The notes under the pieces are model-generated. The model was not told the origin of the DNA, searched no databases, and was given only the letters and a program-made list of their open reading frames with translations. From Paraspadella gotoi (taxonomy: Eukaryota; Animalia; Chaetognatha), in the NCBI GenBank assembly GCA_051294375.1, contig CM119265.1, positions 6,209,489 to 6,273,488 of the forward strand: a DNA stretch of 64,000 bases. Reading direction: 5' to 3'. A program made the position numbers and the translations under genes. Numbering within the stretch: position 1 is the stretch's first letter; each line of letters opens with the position of its first letter. Positions 48,834-63,394 of this stretch are shown here, one piece after another.

Positions 48834-49980
48834 CTTTGGGAAACTTTGGGGAAACTGTAGGAGCAAATATTAAATATTTGATGAGGAGAGTAGAAATACA
48901 GAGAAAACTGAGAAGGGCTGATGAAGTTGAAAACTAAAGGAGCAAAATTAACAAGGGAAAACCGAAAAGAAAAAGAGAGAGAAAACTTGAGGAGCAAAGA
49001 AAAAATGCTGGAGCACAAAGAAAAACAGAGAGAAAGACTCTTCTGTCTAAAATGATGTTTAATAGCAGAGGAGCGACACGGCGCCATAGAAAAGGAGCGA
49101 CGGCTCCATAGAAGAGGAGCGCCGGCCAGTAAAGGCCTTGCCCAATTTACACGGTTGTCATCGCTTCTCTTTTTTTTCCTTTCATTCATCTTAATCGTGT
49201 TCGTCTTATTTTCCGTCGTACCTTTGGAAATTGTTTGTTATAAACGTGTAATAATCCGGAAAATTTATACTCATTATTTTCGTATAAAATTGGTCAGCGT
49301 TTCTCTACCGCCCTTCCCCCCTTCCTCCCTTTTTTCTTTTTAAATTTCTTTTCTTCCAACTTCCCATCTCCCTTTTTCTCGACGCCGTTGATTCTTTTTT
49401 TTTCATCCTCTAATTATTTTTTTCGCCTCTTCCTCCTTTCCTTCTTTCCTTTCTGTTCCTCCTTTCCTCCGATAAATCTGGCGAGACTATGTTAAGAGAT
49501 GAAAGCCGGATCTCTCCCCCCCCTTCCAAACCTTATTTGTCTTAGCTTTTCCTTTGTCGCCTTATTTGTCTTTCTTCCAATTCTCCCTTTTCTTTTCTTT
49601 TCCTTTTCCTCTTTTTTTTAAAAATCTTTTTCTCCTGGTCTTTCATCCTTTTTTTTTATTTTTTTTTTCCTCCCTCGATTTTCTTTTTTTTTTTTTCTCT
49701 TTCCCTCCTTTTGCCGCCAACATAAAACGGAATCCCTCAAAAGCGTGAAGGATTTTTTTCCTCTTTTTTTCTTTCGGATTTTAATGATTTTGGAACTAAA
49801 GTGGTTTTCCAATCGACGAAAAGACCACTTTCGCGTTTCCAAACAACTCGTATCGCTGAACTCGATTTTGTCGTTTATCGCTTGAACCTTTTTTTTTCTT
49901 TCCGGGTTCTTAACCTTCTTAACTTTTTAAGCCACTCTTTTTAACTGAGACATCCTACCGAATATCTCTCTTCTTTTTTA

Positions 49981-50054
<74 letters not shown>

Positions 50055-50112
50055 CTTCTTTCTTTCTCATGGGTGCTTATAATTTTTGCTAAATGCTCTC
50101 TTCTGCTCTCTG

Positions 50113-50184
<72 letters not shown>

Positions 50185-50541
50185 CCTCTCTCTCTCTCCA
50201 TCTCTCTATACCCCGCAGCAACCACTCGTGACTCCCCCATCTCTGATTCAAACTTTCTTCTTCTTCATACACTGCTTCTCTCTTCTTCTTTTTTTCTTCC
50301 TTCTACATTGCTCACGGGAAAATCTCTCTATCTCTTGCATTCTTCTCTCTCTCTTTATCGCCATTTTTTTCATTCCTTCCCGCGACTTCCTTGTCACCGA
50401 CTCCTCTCACTGACTCCCTCTCCCTCTTCTCTCTCTCTCTTTCAGAGTTTTCCTTCTCGCGCAGAATTCGTCACCGATTGGAAAGACTTGCACGGCAACG
50501 GAAGCGAAGGGAGGCGAAATCCCCGATTTCCAAATAAAGAA

Positions 50542-50599
<58 letters not shown>

Positions 50600-50603
50600 C
50601 TCT

Positions 50604-50652
<49 letters not shown>

Positions 50653-51389
50653 CTCTCTCCTACAGTAGAGAGAACCAACCCGTTGCGGTCAATTCCGGAA
50701 AATAACCTCGCTCGGTTGGCCTTCAACCCAAGACCAACAAAAAACAAAACAGCGCCACGAAAAAAAAACAGTTTGTCGCTGAGACGAACGAAACAAACAA
50801 AATAAACATCTGCGGGTAAAAAACTCAAAACAAAAAAAAAACAAAAAAAAAAAACAACCAAACGACGACGACGACGACGCGGATAGAAAACATATTATTT
50901 TCGGATTAAANNNNNNNNNNNNNNNNNNNNNNNNNGGATTAAAAAAAAAAAATACTCCAAACTAATCCGTTTACAAAAACCAATTTCGGTGTCTCTCTCG
51001 ATATTTTAAAAAACCAAGGATATGATCGAAAAAATAACACCGCCGCCGCCGAAGATGACGACAACGACGACAAAAACGACGAAAATGACGACGATAAAAA
51101 ATCCGCAGATAAATTCCAGGGTCAACTCTCTACGGGGATTCGGCAATCAACTAAAAAGGTAAGTGTCGATCGACTGGAGACAAAAAGTTTGAGAAAAAAC
51201 GTTTTCGTCCACGACATTTTCAGTTTAAATTTTGTCGTTAGGGCATTATAATCGTCGTTGTTGTTGTCGTTGTTGTTGTCGTCGTCGTTGTTGTCATCCT
51301 TCATTGGGGCCTTCCACGACGATCATACGTATTCACGGACTCTAAAGAATTACCATCCGTTTGTATTTGTCTTTGTCTCTTTTTTTTAT

Positions 51390-51450
<61 letters not shown>

Positions 51451-51899
51451 CCGAAAAAAGAAACCGTTATTTGTGTCTGCTGTTTTTTAAAACGTGAGTT
51501 GGAGTAAAGAGACCAAAAAATAAAGAATACAAAAGAAAAAATACTTAAGCATTAATTACATAATATGAATAGGATATAAAAAAAAAACCACCGTCTATAA
51601 TCGCATTTTTCTTTTTTTTTTCTTTTTTAACATTAAGGCAGTTTTTATCGGCGTTTGGGATGAAGTCGTCTTTTGTTGTCGATTTTGTCAGAATCGTCGT
51701 CGTCGTCGTCGTCGTCGTTTTGTTCCAAAAAGACGGAGGGGCTTTGTTTTCTCAAAGTCTTCCACATCATTTCATCATCTTCTCCATCGCAACAAATCCT
51801 GATCTACCCAATAAATCAATCGACCTATCAGCGGGCTGTCATCACCGAGCTGTACAAACTACAGAAACACCGATCCCAGCAACCAATAATCTTCAGAGG

Positions 51900-52125
51900 G
51901 TTGGCCTAGCTTAGACTAAACTAGGCACTACAGCATCGGATAGCGGCGACGAAACTGTCTAACTTTAATAGAATTCCCGTCCTCAGACAACTCTCCAGTC
52001 TCCACCCATCGAAAGGGAATCCCCCACCAAGATGACGGATGGATTGACGCGGCTGGTATTCGATCCCGCGACCTTGAGACGATAACTTTTGAACCTAGAG
52101 CATTAGTCCGGCGAGGCGTGGCGAA
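51900..52125 (-). mobile_element. Possible tRNA-derived SINE
   Basis: Minus strand has a tRNA-like head ending AAGGTCGCGGGATCGAATACC (B-box-like, 52067-52055) about 50 nt after a weak A-box-like segment, then a unique body and a terminal hairpin (51904-51926). Single copy in the window. Confidence 0.35.
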
Positions 52126-53616
52126 ATTACGGGGGGGAAAGGACGGTGGGCTTCGTTGTCGTTGTTGTGATCGTCGTCCGAGGGACTTTGGAAAATTCAC
52201 TGCGTGAGTCGTGAATAATATAAGAGCTTCGCCGGGTCGCCGTCGCATTAAGGTAGTCACTCGTGTTTGAATGGCCGATTCACAATGAATCATTTTCCCT
52301 TCTTTTAGTCTTTTGTCTCACGCGCGGAAACTCGCGTTAGATGTCGCGTCAATTGTTTGACCTCCGCGTGGATGGAATTTCTCTTCTTAATATTTTTCTC
52401 ATTCTTATATTCCTATTCTTATTCTTCTCTAACTATTCTTATTTTTATTGGTAAAATTCTATGTACATCTGTATGAATAATAAGATATCAATAACTGATA
52501 TGAATGAAAATCCTCAATATCGATTTGGGTTATCTCTTCCTTTCTCTTCTGATCCGTCTCTTACCTACTTTTTGACCCGTTTATATTTTCTATTTTGGAT
52601 TGAGTTAAAAACGAAAATAACGCTGCCCTAACAATAACGAGGAATTAGTAACGCGATTGACTAATGGGTAATATTAGGAAGTTGGTAAGTTAAGGAGAAA
52701 GTCAGTTAAATTTTTCGGATTATATTAAACAGAAACTCCGTTGCCGAGTACTCCTTTGCGGAGAACCGATAGAGGCTTGCGTCGGCAGCGCCGGCAGGAA
52801 CGGCGCCGGCAGGACCGGCGTCCGCGCGTCGATAACCGACGTAGAAGAATCAAAGAAATTATCGGAATCCTTTATTGTTAACTTCCCGTCTCAAATTTCT
52901 TCCTCTTTATTCATTCGTACTGAAACCTCAATTTTTTTTAAATTTTTTTTTTATTCTTTTTTCCGAGTCTCCCATTTATTCTTTCCGTCTTTCTGTCTTA
53001 TTTTTACTTTCTTTAATTCCTTCTTTCTATCCTTCCATCATCATGGAAAAATAACTAATGGGTTTTGGCCAGCGGGTGCATTGATAGGAAAACCGCGGCC
53101 GACATAATCCGAACGGACATTTGGATTTTCTCTTTCGCTCATTTTTCGCTTCCAGTCATTTTTTTCGGCTTTAGTCATTTTTTTTGTCCCAAGTGACCGG
53201 AAAAAATAATAATTAGGAAAGTATAATTCGGAATTTGGTTTTCTTGTAATAATAGGAAATAATTTTATTAAAAAAAAAAAAAAAGAATTATGATCTTGGG
53301 TACAAAATTTCATTTTTCAATAATTCTTTTTATGATAAAAATTATATACCTTTGCTTCCATAATTAAAAACGGAAGGACAATAAGTATTCCCCACATTTT
53401 CTCTCCACGGGAAAAGACATTTTCTCTCCCTAAGAAAAAAATGGATATTGGTTGAGATTTTTTTTTATTTCCTCTCATATAATAAGGCTTTAAAAATATT
53501 ATATGAAAAGAAGTCACATTCCTCTTAGTCACAGGAGAGGGAAAAAATTTCCTCCACCATAAATCCAAGGATCTCATTTTTTGTGACAACGTTCGCATTC
53601 AGTGTAGAGAGAGTGG

Positions 53617-53672
<56 letters not shown>

Positions 53673-56455
53673 AGAGAGAGAAATTCCTGGGAAAATAAAA
53701 ACGGGGGAATGAACAGAAATTGTTTTAGAAAAGTTAGGAAAAAAAATATTCGCCTTGTTTGACGCATAATCAATAAAGTGTGAGAGAGGTCGGGAGAGGA
53801 GGGTCAANNNNNNNNNNNNNNNNNNNNNNNNNNNNNNNNNNNNNNNNNNNNNNNNNNNNNNNNNNNNNNNNNNNNNNNNNNNNNNNNNNNNNNNNNNNNN
53901 NNNNNNNNNNNNNNNNNNNNNNNNNNNNNNNNNNNNNNNNNNNNNNNNNNNNNNNNNNNNNNNNNNNNNNNNNNNNNNNNNNNNNNNNNNNNNNNNNNNN
54001 NNNNNNNNNNNNNNNNNNNNNNNNNNNNNNNNNNNNNNNNNNNNNNNNNNNNNNNNNNNNNNNNNNNNNNNNNNNNNNNNNNNNNNNNNNNNNNNNNNNN
54101 NNNNNNNNNNNNNNNNNNNNNNNNNNNNNNNNNNNNNNNNNNNNNNNNNNNNNNNNNNNNNNNNNNNNNNNNNNNNNNNNNNNNNNNNNNNNNNNNNNNN
54201 NNNNNNNNNNNNNNNNNNTTTTTTCTCTATTAGGGATGGGAGGAAGATGTGACGTGTCTGGCATCGCAGCGTTGTTGGTGACAATTTGTTCAAGAATGTT
54301 TAGTGATTGTGAAGACTGAAAGGTGAACAGTGAACACTGAACAGTGAATTAACTACTTATAGCTGGCAAAAAAAATGATTTACCACTTCGTTTTCTTTTT
54401 TTATTTAGAGTATCAAAGAATAAAAATAGATTTCTTTTTAATAGAAAGAAATATCTGTAAAAAGTTTATCATATGAAAATATAAATAGAAAATAGAATTT
54501 TTTTTAATTAGACTTTCATTGTTACATGTTTCAGATGAATCTTTTAGGCAAAAATCCAAAAAAAAAAAAGGTGAAAAACTGATCTGCAAAAAAAAAAAAA
54601 AAATGCAGTTAATTTTTGAAGAGCGTCTTAAAATAAGCGAGATGGATGAAAGGGGCGAAGGGATAAAGAAACGATGGGGAAACAACTGGATACAAGATTA
54701 AGACTGTAGAATGAATGCTGAACATTGAAGGTGGAAAAGATAGAAGCGGACTGTTTAATGATTATTTGTTTATTGTTTAGTTACGAAGTCAGGTTTGCGA
54801 GAGAGAGCAAAAAATAAGTCCATCGTAATGAAGTATTTTATCTCTCTCTCTCACTCTCTCTCTCTTCTACCACAATACTTTCTCTTCTCCTTTCTCTTGC
54901 CTTTTTTCATAAATTCCTTTAAAAAAAAGTCTCTCTTGCAGATTACAAGTCGGCAGCTGGTTTCATTTCCGGAATGATATCGATATTTTTTCTTCCAGCT
55001 TACAATCAATTCGATTTTCAATTGTTAATTTTCAATAGGAATAATTAACGCTGGTCCTTCTCGTTTGTAAGCAAATTCTTTTCACCAAATCAACCATCTG
55101 GATTTCCAATAACAATCGAGTCAGCGGCCTTTCATCAACTCGTTCACGGTCCAGTGATGCGAAGTTGAAAATTGTCGCGGTCGAATCCGCTCAAGTTCGG
55201 TGGAAATCTCGCAACTGACAGGCACAGAAACCGCTTCCCTTTAAAATGACTTAAGATAGTCTCTTTTACTTTCACAGTTTGATTTTCAAGATTTAAAGTT
55301 GAAAGCACTACGTGACCGTGAATTCCAAAACCCTTAAAAATATGATTTACAGACTTATTCATTACACTTGCTTTCGGCGTTTTTATTGCAATGTTTATGT
55401 AAAGCAAACCTCATTTTTAAACGACCGAAATTTGCATTGAAAAACACCTGGTAAAATTCATTTTTGTAATCATCTAATTTGCATACGGGATACTTGCATT
55501 GTTTTTTTCAAGTTAATTTCTTTGGGTTTTTTTCTCGCCCCAAAATTTCTCCACCGGTCTTTCCTTCCATCACAATATCTTGTTCCTTCCATTGCCGCCT
55601 CATATTTTATCACACTATCACATTTTCCCGGTCCAGTCCCAGTCTTTTTATTTTCTATCACCACGTCACCGTCTGTCTTCTATTACTCTGTTCTAACTTC
55701 TAATTTCTCAACTGTACATATCTTCCTGTTCCTTTGCTCTTTCACAATATCATTGTCAATCCCTCTTCCATCACTCTGTCAGTGTCACAATTCTCTCGAT
55801 CCTGTGACAGTCTTCCCCTCTTCCATCACGCGTGCGACTTTTCATCTCTGCTCCGTCAATGGACTCGAGCGTTTCGGAACTCATTACCGAACACAAGGCG
55901 GAATTACTTTCGCTTTAGTGACAACCGGAACTGCCGGAGGGTCGGATCTTTCGTCCGGCACGGCCCCCCGGCACAGCCCCCGGTTCGTCTTCGGGCTCAT
56001 CCGTGACACATTATTCACATATCTCACATATCTCACAGTCGGGCTCAACTGCGATTAAGTTTTTATCTCAATGTCTTTAAAGTTTAAACGTTTCTTCATA
56101 AAAATTACAAAAATAACCTATTTGACTATTTAAAAATTTTCAGATTTAAACTAATTATTATACGCTCTTAATTTTTTTATTATTTCATATTACCGTTCTT
56201 TGTCTCACCTTCCTTAATTGCCCGGACTTTCGGTGGCTCCAAATTTCCTTCTAATCCTTCCACAATTCCACATTTCAGTCCCTTTCTTTTTCTCTTTTCT
56301 TCACTTTTCACTTCACATCTGCTTTTCCTTCATTTTCTTCCCTTTCCCTCGCGCCCGACGTAATTCCCGCCGCTTTTGGTCGAAACGACGAAACCGACAA
56401 AACCGACATCAGGACGAAGCCGACCGAAAGTTATGAGCTCAACTTTCTTCTCGTA

Positions 56456-56538
<83 letters not shown>

Positions 56539-59500
56539 TATCCGTTCTCTTTATTCTTTTCCCATTCTTGTTCGGCGGTTTTGAGGAGTTGTCATCGGAA
56601 AAGCGTCGAGTTGCCATCTGGTTTTCTCTAATGACATCGCCGCCGAATTCAAGGCCCGGACCAACCCTTTTTCTTGGGGGTGAACGAAGCCGATCTGGAA
56701 CGGCTTTCATGGACAAAACCCTCGAGCTTGTTTCAAAGACGCGTGCCAAACTGTAGTATAAACTTGGCAGAACCAAAATAAAACAAGCTGTCTTGTCCCG
56801 TGACTCTGGACACTAGACAATGAACAGGCAATAATGGGTTAAGGCATTTTAATGTATATCATTATTGAGATTTTGCTCAGGAAAATTTCTTGCTTCTTTG
56901 CAATATTAAACATCTATTAATCCGTCAACATTGCACTACTCGTCCATCAAAGCCACTGAACCTTTTAAAGACATATTTTTATCCACTAATCTCCTTCTCA
57001 GTTCCCACACCCGAAAGACGCCCGTCGTCTTCTCTTGGCTCTACCCTCTGCTCAATATCGATCTTGGCAAAAACGTCTGTCCAGTCTGACAAGAAACAAG
57101 GAGGGGGGGTGTCTCGTCTGACGCCACCGAATGTTCACTTGTCCGCAATTTAACTGCGTCTCGCTGCTGTTCGGTCACGATTAGAAACGTTTGCGTTGAC
57201 CAATGACCATAGATGGCGTACGTAGAAACTGAAAAGAAATCCAGGAGAAACTGGTCCAAATTTGAGAGTTACAAACAGTTTCCCTGTTCAGCATTCACCC
57301 TCATGTACGTCGAAAACTCCACCAAAAAAAAAACGATAAGTTTTTTATCCCCAAAAAATAAATTAAATTTTTGAGAAGAGAATAAAACTGAAACTTGAAA
57401 ACGAGAGGAGAGAGAAAAAAGTCGTAGGAAAAGAAAAGAACGAAATTAAACTTCGTAGGAAAAGAAAAAAAGGTAAAAAAAGTAAAAGTCAAAAAAGGAA
57501 AAAAAAGGAAAAGAAAAAGGGAAAAAAATTCAAGAAAGGGAAAAAAAAAGACAAAACCTCGAAGAAATAAAAAAAAAAAAGAAAAAAAAAAAGAGAAGTC
57601 GTTTCGAGTTTCTCTTTAAATTAAGGGCGACAATTTCTCGATTTATTTCACTCGGTTTCGCTCTATAAATTTCGTTCGTGCGTTGGTTTCTGTTCTTTTA
57701 TTTTCTCCCGCCCCATTTTCGTTTGTTCTCCTTCTCTTTTGTTCTCCTCCTACAACCCGCCCCCCCCCGCCCCCCCCTTATTTGCCATTAAGTTTTCTTC
57801 GCGATTACCTTTTAGCCCGAATAGCGCTTAGGCTTTCGTTTGTGCCTGGTTAACTGCCAAGTCCTCCCGTCTTTTATGCATTCAGCGACTCTTCCGAACA
57901 ATTTTCCCCTCGCTTCGTCTCGGTGTCTTTCTTTCCATCAACTTCTATCTTTTCTTCAATCGTCTTTCGGCCCCCCCTTTTTTTATTTTTTTTTTACTTC
58001 TCAACATTTCTCTTTTCGTCTACTTTCAGTCATTCTTTCTTTTTTTGGATTTTTTCCAATACTTACTACTTGGTCCTGCTGTCCCATCATTCTGAAATAG
58101 ACCGACTACTAGGATTTCTCAATTTCATTTCTTGAATCGCCGTGAGTTCTTTTCAGTGACAAATTTTACTTTTAGTTCGCATTATGAAATTGGTACAACA
58201 AATATGATTATATTTTTATATAATTATTATATAATAATTTTAGCCCTTCCTGTACAATTTTTTTTAACATTCTTTGAATTTAAAATTAAACTGCAGAGTT
58301 TTTTCTCAATTTTACTTTTCATTATTTAAATGGTATATACTAAACAGTAAACACTTCTATATCTTTTCATATCCCTTCCGTTGTTCATCCTTCCTCCTTT
58401 TCTCACTCTCTCTTCCTCCAAACAACATTTCTCTCTTTCTTCTTCTCTTCTTCCTCCCTTCCTTCCTTCCTCTTTCCTTCCTAACCTCCCCTCTCCTTCC
58501 TTACCTCTCCTTCCTTTCCTTCCTTCATTCCTTCCTTCCTTCCTTCCTTCCTCCTTCCTTCTCCTTCCTTTCCTTCCCTTTTCCCTTCCTTTTCCTCCTC
58601 CTTCTTTCCTATCCGTCCTTCCCTCCACATCAACATCCCGACCTTCTTTCCATTTTCCGCTTGACCCACAAACCGTGGCGTTCTGGATTCGACTCGTTTT
58701 TTTTTTTNNNNNNNNNNNNNNNNNNNNNNNNNCTGTCCTCCACTCGATTTTTTTTTCTTTCCTTTTGATTTCTCTCTTTACCTTCGCTTTTTTTTTCTCT
58801 GTATTATACTCGTTTTTCCTCCTTTTTCTTTTTCCTTAAGGGGAGGATAAGCGGATTGAATTCAATCGAATAAAAAGAATTGGGGCGGGGTCGATAACTT
58901 CCTTCTGGCCAGGATAAGGTGGGGAGAAGCTTTCTAAATTTAAATATCAGTATTTTATTTTCGTGATATCAGTCACAGGAGGACTCTTCAAGTACTTAAG
59001 AATTTTGAACGACTTAAAAAGAAAGAAATTACAAACATCCGCTAAAAACTCACTGTTAAATTGAATTTCTGGCTAACTCTAAAAAGATATCAGTAATATT
59101 ATGCGCTTTAAAAATTTCCCTTTCTGTTTCTCACTCTCTGTAAATTTCACGTCACTAAGATATTTTTTCTTGGTCGAAGCGTCTCTTTAATGTTTTCCTC
59201 CAAAATTCGTCCAAGCTCATTGTCTCGCGTCAAAAGATCCGCCAAGGCAACAAAAATCTTTAGAAATGGGGAGAATAACCAAGAAACCAAGACCGCAATA
59301 TGCAAATTAGATTATAGAAAGCGATTCTTTTTTACCCTAACTTTTATCTGTTTTTTTTTTTTATCGAGATCTCGATTCAAGATTTAGTGGCGGTTTACTC
59401 AAATTTTCTGTTTCTCCAATAAAGAATTTTCTTTTTAATTGAAGAAACAAAAGTGATGTCATGTTTATTTTCAGAATCATTTTATCTCACTCTTTTTCTC

Positions 59501-59683
59501 TCTCTCTCCCTTCCACGAACAAATTTCACGACTTATTTGTTTCTCTTTTGTTGAAAGTTTTTGGTCGGTTGCCCCTGGTTACTGAAGACAAGCACAACAC
59601 TCGTGATAAACTTTGTTCCCTCATCAATGAAAGAAAGAAGGAAATTTACGTTGTTGTCGAAGGAGGCAGAGAGAAAGATGGAA

Positions 59684-59727
<44 letters not shown>

Positions 59728-60302
59728 AAACTGGTCTCTTTAATGAGAAATGAGTCGCCAGGATTCTTCGAGACCGGAAAGAGGTCTCGGAAAACGCGAA
59801 TGGAAAATGTTTTTTTGAATTTAGAAAATTGTTTTCAAACAGGAACAGGGTCACCTAGACTGGAGAAAAAATTCTGGGAACGGAATATTTATTCCGTATA
59901 GAAATGGTCTAAAAATAATTAGGGCCACCGCCAGGACTGAGGGGTCCTGTACACCGCGAAATGGGGCGATGAAGGGAGTCGGCGACCTGCCTTATGAAGA
60001 TGTTTCGTCATCCAACTGAAAAGGGCATGGCAGTCCTTAATTGGTATTGTGCTTAGTGATTATAATATGTCAGTTTTGGGGGACAAGAAATTGGTCAGGA
60101 AAAGAATCCCCAAACCAAGAAGTCTAGAAAATGGGGTTTCAAGGACCGAAAAATGGACACCCTACTGTCTTAAGGGGTCCCCGAAACTGGAAATCGGGTC
60201 CCCCAGTCGACCACAAATAAAGAGTCGCCTCTTGCCTCGACAAACCCACTTTCTTCCGCCTTCAAAAAACGCGACGGAGCGTAACCCTAAAAAAAAAGTC
60301 TC

Positions 60303-60337
<35 letters not shown>

Positions 60338-61911
60338 TACCCTTTCCTTCCTACTCTCTTTCCTTATGCCGTTATGTATTCTCACTCGGAACAGAATTTT
60401 GGGTTTGTTTTCTATGGAATTTGGAAGTTTTATTATTATGGCGCTAATGTAGCGTTCAAGGCCGCGCCCACTTCCGTTTCGGCGTAAACACGAACTGGAT
60501 TTACAAAACATTGCGTCTTTGGCTCCTATCCGGTAAAGTGTGACCTATCACCACTTTAGAACTCCCTGCTACATTAACTGCGTTTGTTTATGATAATAAA
60601 CGCCATATTATAGCACATACTAGTAAAATTAAACTACTAAAACGCGGCTTAGACATTGTATCTCGTTCATTTTTCGTCAGCAACGAAGATTGTCCTGTCA
60701 GCCGATTTCACTCGTCATCCCTATTTTTTTTTCTTGTCACTCCTCAGTCCTCGCTCAAACCCCGACAACCCCTCCCTCCCTTTGGGGAGGCTCAATCCGG
60801 ATTTGCATTTAAATTTTCACAGAAAAGAATCCATTTTTAATGAAACGAGACAGACAGTATGAACGAAAGCGAGAGACAGAGAGAGAGAGAGAGAAAATAC
60901 GGTTTTCGCAATTTTTAAACTCTCCACAGAAAACTCGCAATCTGTTGCAGTTAGAATAAACCAAAAAAAAAAAAAAAGTTAAAAAACTATTGTGCCTCTC
61001 TCTTCCGGATATCCACCATGGTCAGCCGGATTTGAACCCATTTCATAACTATTACTGATTATGATTAATAAATTATTTTTATTACTATACTTCCCCCTAT
61101 TTTTACATCTTCCCCGTTGAAGCTTTTTTTTTTCCTCCTCTAGGTATTACATTAAGTCCCAAAACCTCACTACCTTCTCTTCTCCACCTTCGATCCACCT
61201 GAATCTCAGTCACGTGACTCAACCGGATGTTCTGACGCTGAATTTTTTTTTTCTCTCCCGGGATTTTTATCATTTTTTTTCCCTAATTCATAAAGATTCT
61301 TTTTTTTATGACACGGACGCGCGCGCAACGCGGCGTCGGTCGTTGTCGGCCAACGCTGTCTGCCACGGCTTCCGTCACGGTTTCCGTCACGGTTTCAGAT
61401 ATCCACAACGCGATTTGATTAATTCATTCATTGTTGTTCTTTACTGTTCAAGAGTCAGTCAAGGGACACCAGGACGGGAAATGGGCGAAGAAAGAAATAG
61501 ACAACGTATAAAATAAATTAAAAACAAACAACTAATTCGCTACAAAATTAAATCCAGGGATTATATTCTTGGAAGCGACGTCGACGACAACGATGATGAC
61601 GACGACGACAACGACGTCCGGCGCCATTTCGGCTGACTCCAAAAATAAGGGTTCGGTCCGGGGATTTCTCGACGAGGTCAGAGGCCTTTCGCAGCTCCAT
61701 GGGGGCCGGGAAAGTTCGTAGGGTCGAAGGGGTCGTCCGGGTCAATAGGTCGATGGACGGGGTTAGTTCGGACCTCGGAGTCACAGGGTAAGTGTCGAGA
61801 ATTCATGACGCCCTAACCGAAGCGTGCTTTGTCCTTCGCGCTTTCTGTCTCTTGTCTTTTGTCGCGGTCTGTATTTTGTTTGTTTGTTTGTTTATTTTTT
61901 GTTTATTCTAG

Positions 61912-61943
<32 letters not shown>

Positions 61944-61976
61944 ACTGTCAGTCTGTCTCTTCTCTCTCTCCTCTCT

Positions 61977-62026
<50 letters not shown>

Positions 62027-62538
62027 TCTCTCTCTCTTTTTTCAGACAGACAGGGACCGAGAGTCGTTCTGTCCGAAAAAAGACGAATAAAAATGTTGTC
62101 GGAAAAATTGTCTGTTTTCTGTTTCCGGACGAATCCGGGCGAGGGCGGAATGAGGCGTGGAGGATTTGGTGGGGCGGTAGAGGTGGTTGAGCGAGGGTGG
62201 TTGACACGGGGGTGGGGGTGGCGAGAGAGATTTAGGCAATCCGGTTGCGCGCATAAAAATTGGGTTGAGGAGATCGAGTACGAATGTGACACGGGTGGGT
62301 CAGGCTGGGCGAGTATTGCCTTTGTGTTCTGAAGGCGCATTGACTTTCTTTTCACGTTATCGGATTTTCAGATTATCACGTGACTACTCAAGAAAGAAAA
62401 ACATACACAACAATTGTCCTGTCGCACAATACTTAAGTTTCAGCTGAATATATCTGAAACAGTCCCGTTATGTCTGAAGCAAGTTCGATAATTAGCAAAA
62501 ATTTTATTTCTATTTTATATTAATTGGTGTTTCCTTGT

Positions 62539-62907
62539 TTATCCTTTGGACACGATTCCATCTCCACATTCCGTCTCTCGTTTTAACTTGACCCACGCGT
62601 CGTGATGAATCGCGGGGGATTCACGCCAAATTCCATTATCATGGAATCGCATTGTCGGGGATGTCGCGGACGACCGCTTCGGCGTTGTCGCATCACAGGG
62701 TCGCAGTAGTTGTAGGGCGTTTTGCAGCGACGGTGATCGTGATAGCGATTGAGCGCGGAAATTAGATTTCGTTGGTCGGTTGGGGAGATGCGAATTTGTT
62801 TTGGATGTCGACCGTCGCTTTTGCTTTTGGCAAAGGCGAAGATTGGCGGCGGTTACGTCTCTGAAAAGATCGGCACGGCTCGCCGCCGTTTTGGGCCGTC
62901 TTTGTCG
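62539..62907 (-). CDS. Possible coding exon of an unidentified gene
   Basis: GC-rich open frame of about 120 codons (RQRRPKTAASRADLFRDV...ECGDGIVSKG*) directly after a TTCTCAG acceptor-like site in AT-rich flanks; no recognisable homology. Confidence 0.2.
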   Translation of the reverse strand, partial: RQRRPKTAASRADLFRDVTAANLRLCQKQKRRSTSKTNSHLPNRPTKSNFRAQSLSRSPSLQNALQLLRPCDATTPKRSSATSPTMRFHDNGIWRESPAIHHDAWVKLKRETECGDGIVSKG

Positions 62908-63292
62908 CTGAGAATATGACGACGATTTATTTACGTTTTTTAAATAAGAAATATTTTTAATCTTTAAAAAGCATGAACTAACATTATGATATATACATTT
63001 ATTGAATTGTATGGTTATGCTATTATTATTTGTGACAAAAACCAATAATTTTTAAAAAAAATTGGCGACGACAACCGACGATAATCGTTGGTTTACGATT
63101 AATGAAATTGACTTATAATTTCGTCGAAAGAAAGATGAAAAGACGATTAAATTTGAATTAAAATTCATTCATATTTTAATTCCCCTTATTCTTCGCTTTA
63201 TATTGGACGACGACACTTCTTCCGGGTCGCCATCGAGTTTTCTTTTCAGTGGGAGATTTTGCGTTCATTGAACTTTTCCTTCCCTTACGAGC

Positions 63293-63394
<102 letters not shown>

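Noticed and set aside
55826-55856. Minus-strand GGAGCAGAGATGAAAAGTCGCACG resembling group II intron domain V
   Set aside because: The 5' and 3' arms do not pair into the domain V helix, and no domain VI or RT ORF is nearby.
59921-60210. AGGGCCACCGCCAGGA start resembling a hAT-type MITE terminus
   Set aside because: No matching inverted terminus or TSD found downstream.
61620-61794. GC-rich open segment ending at a strong plus-strand donor (GG|GTAAGT)
   Set aside because: No clear in-frame acceptor, partner exon or homology; insufficient support for a CDS call.
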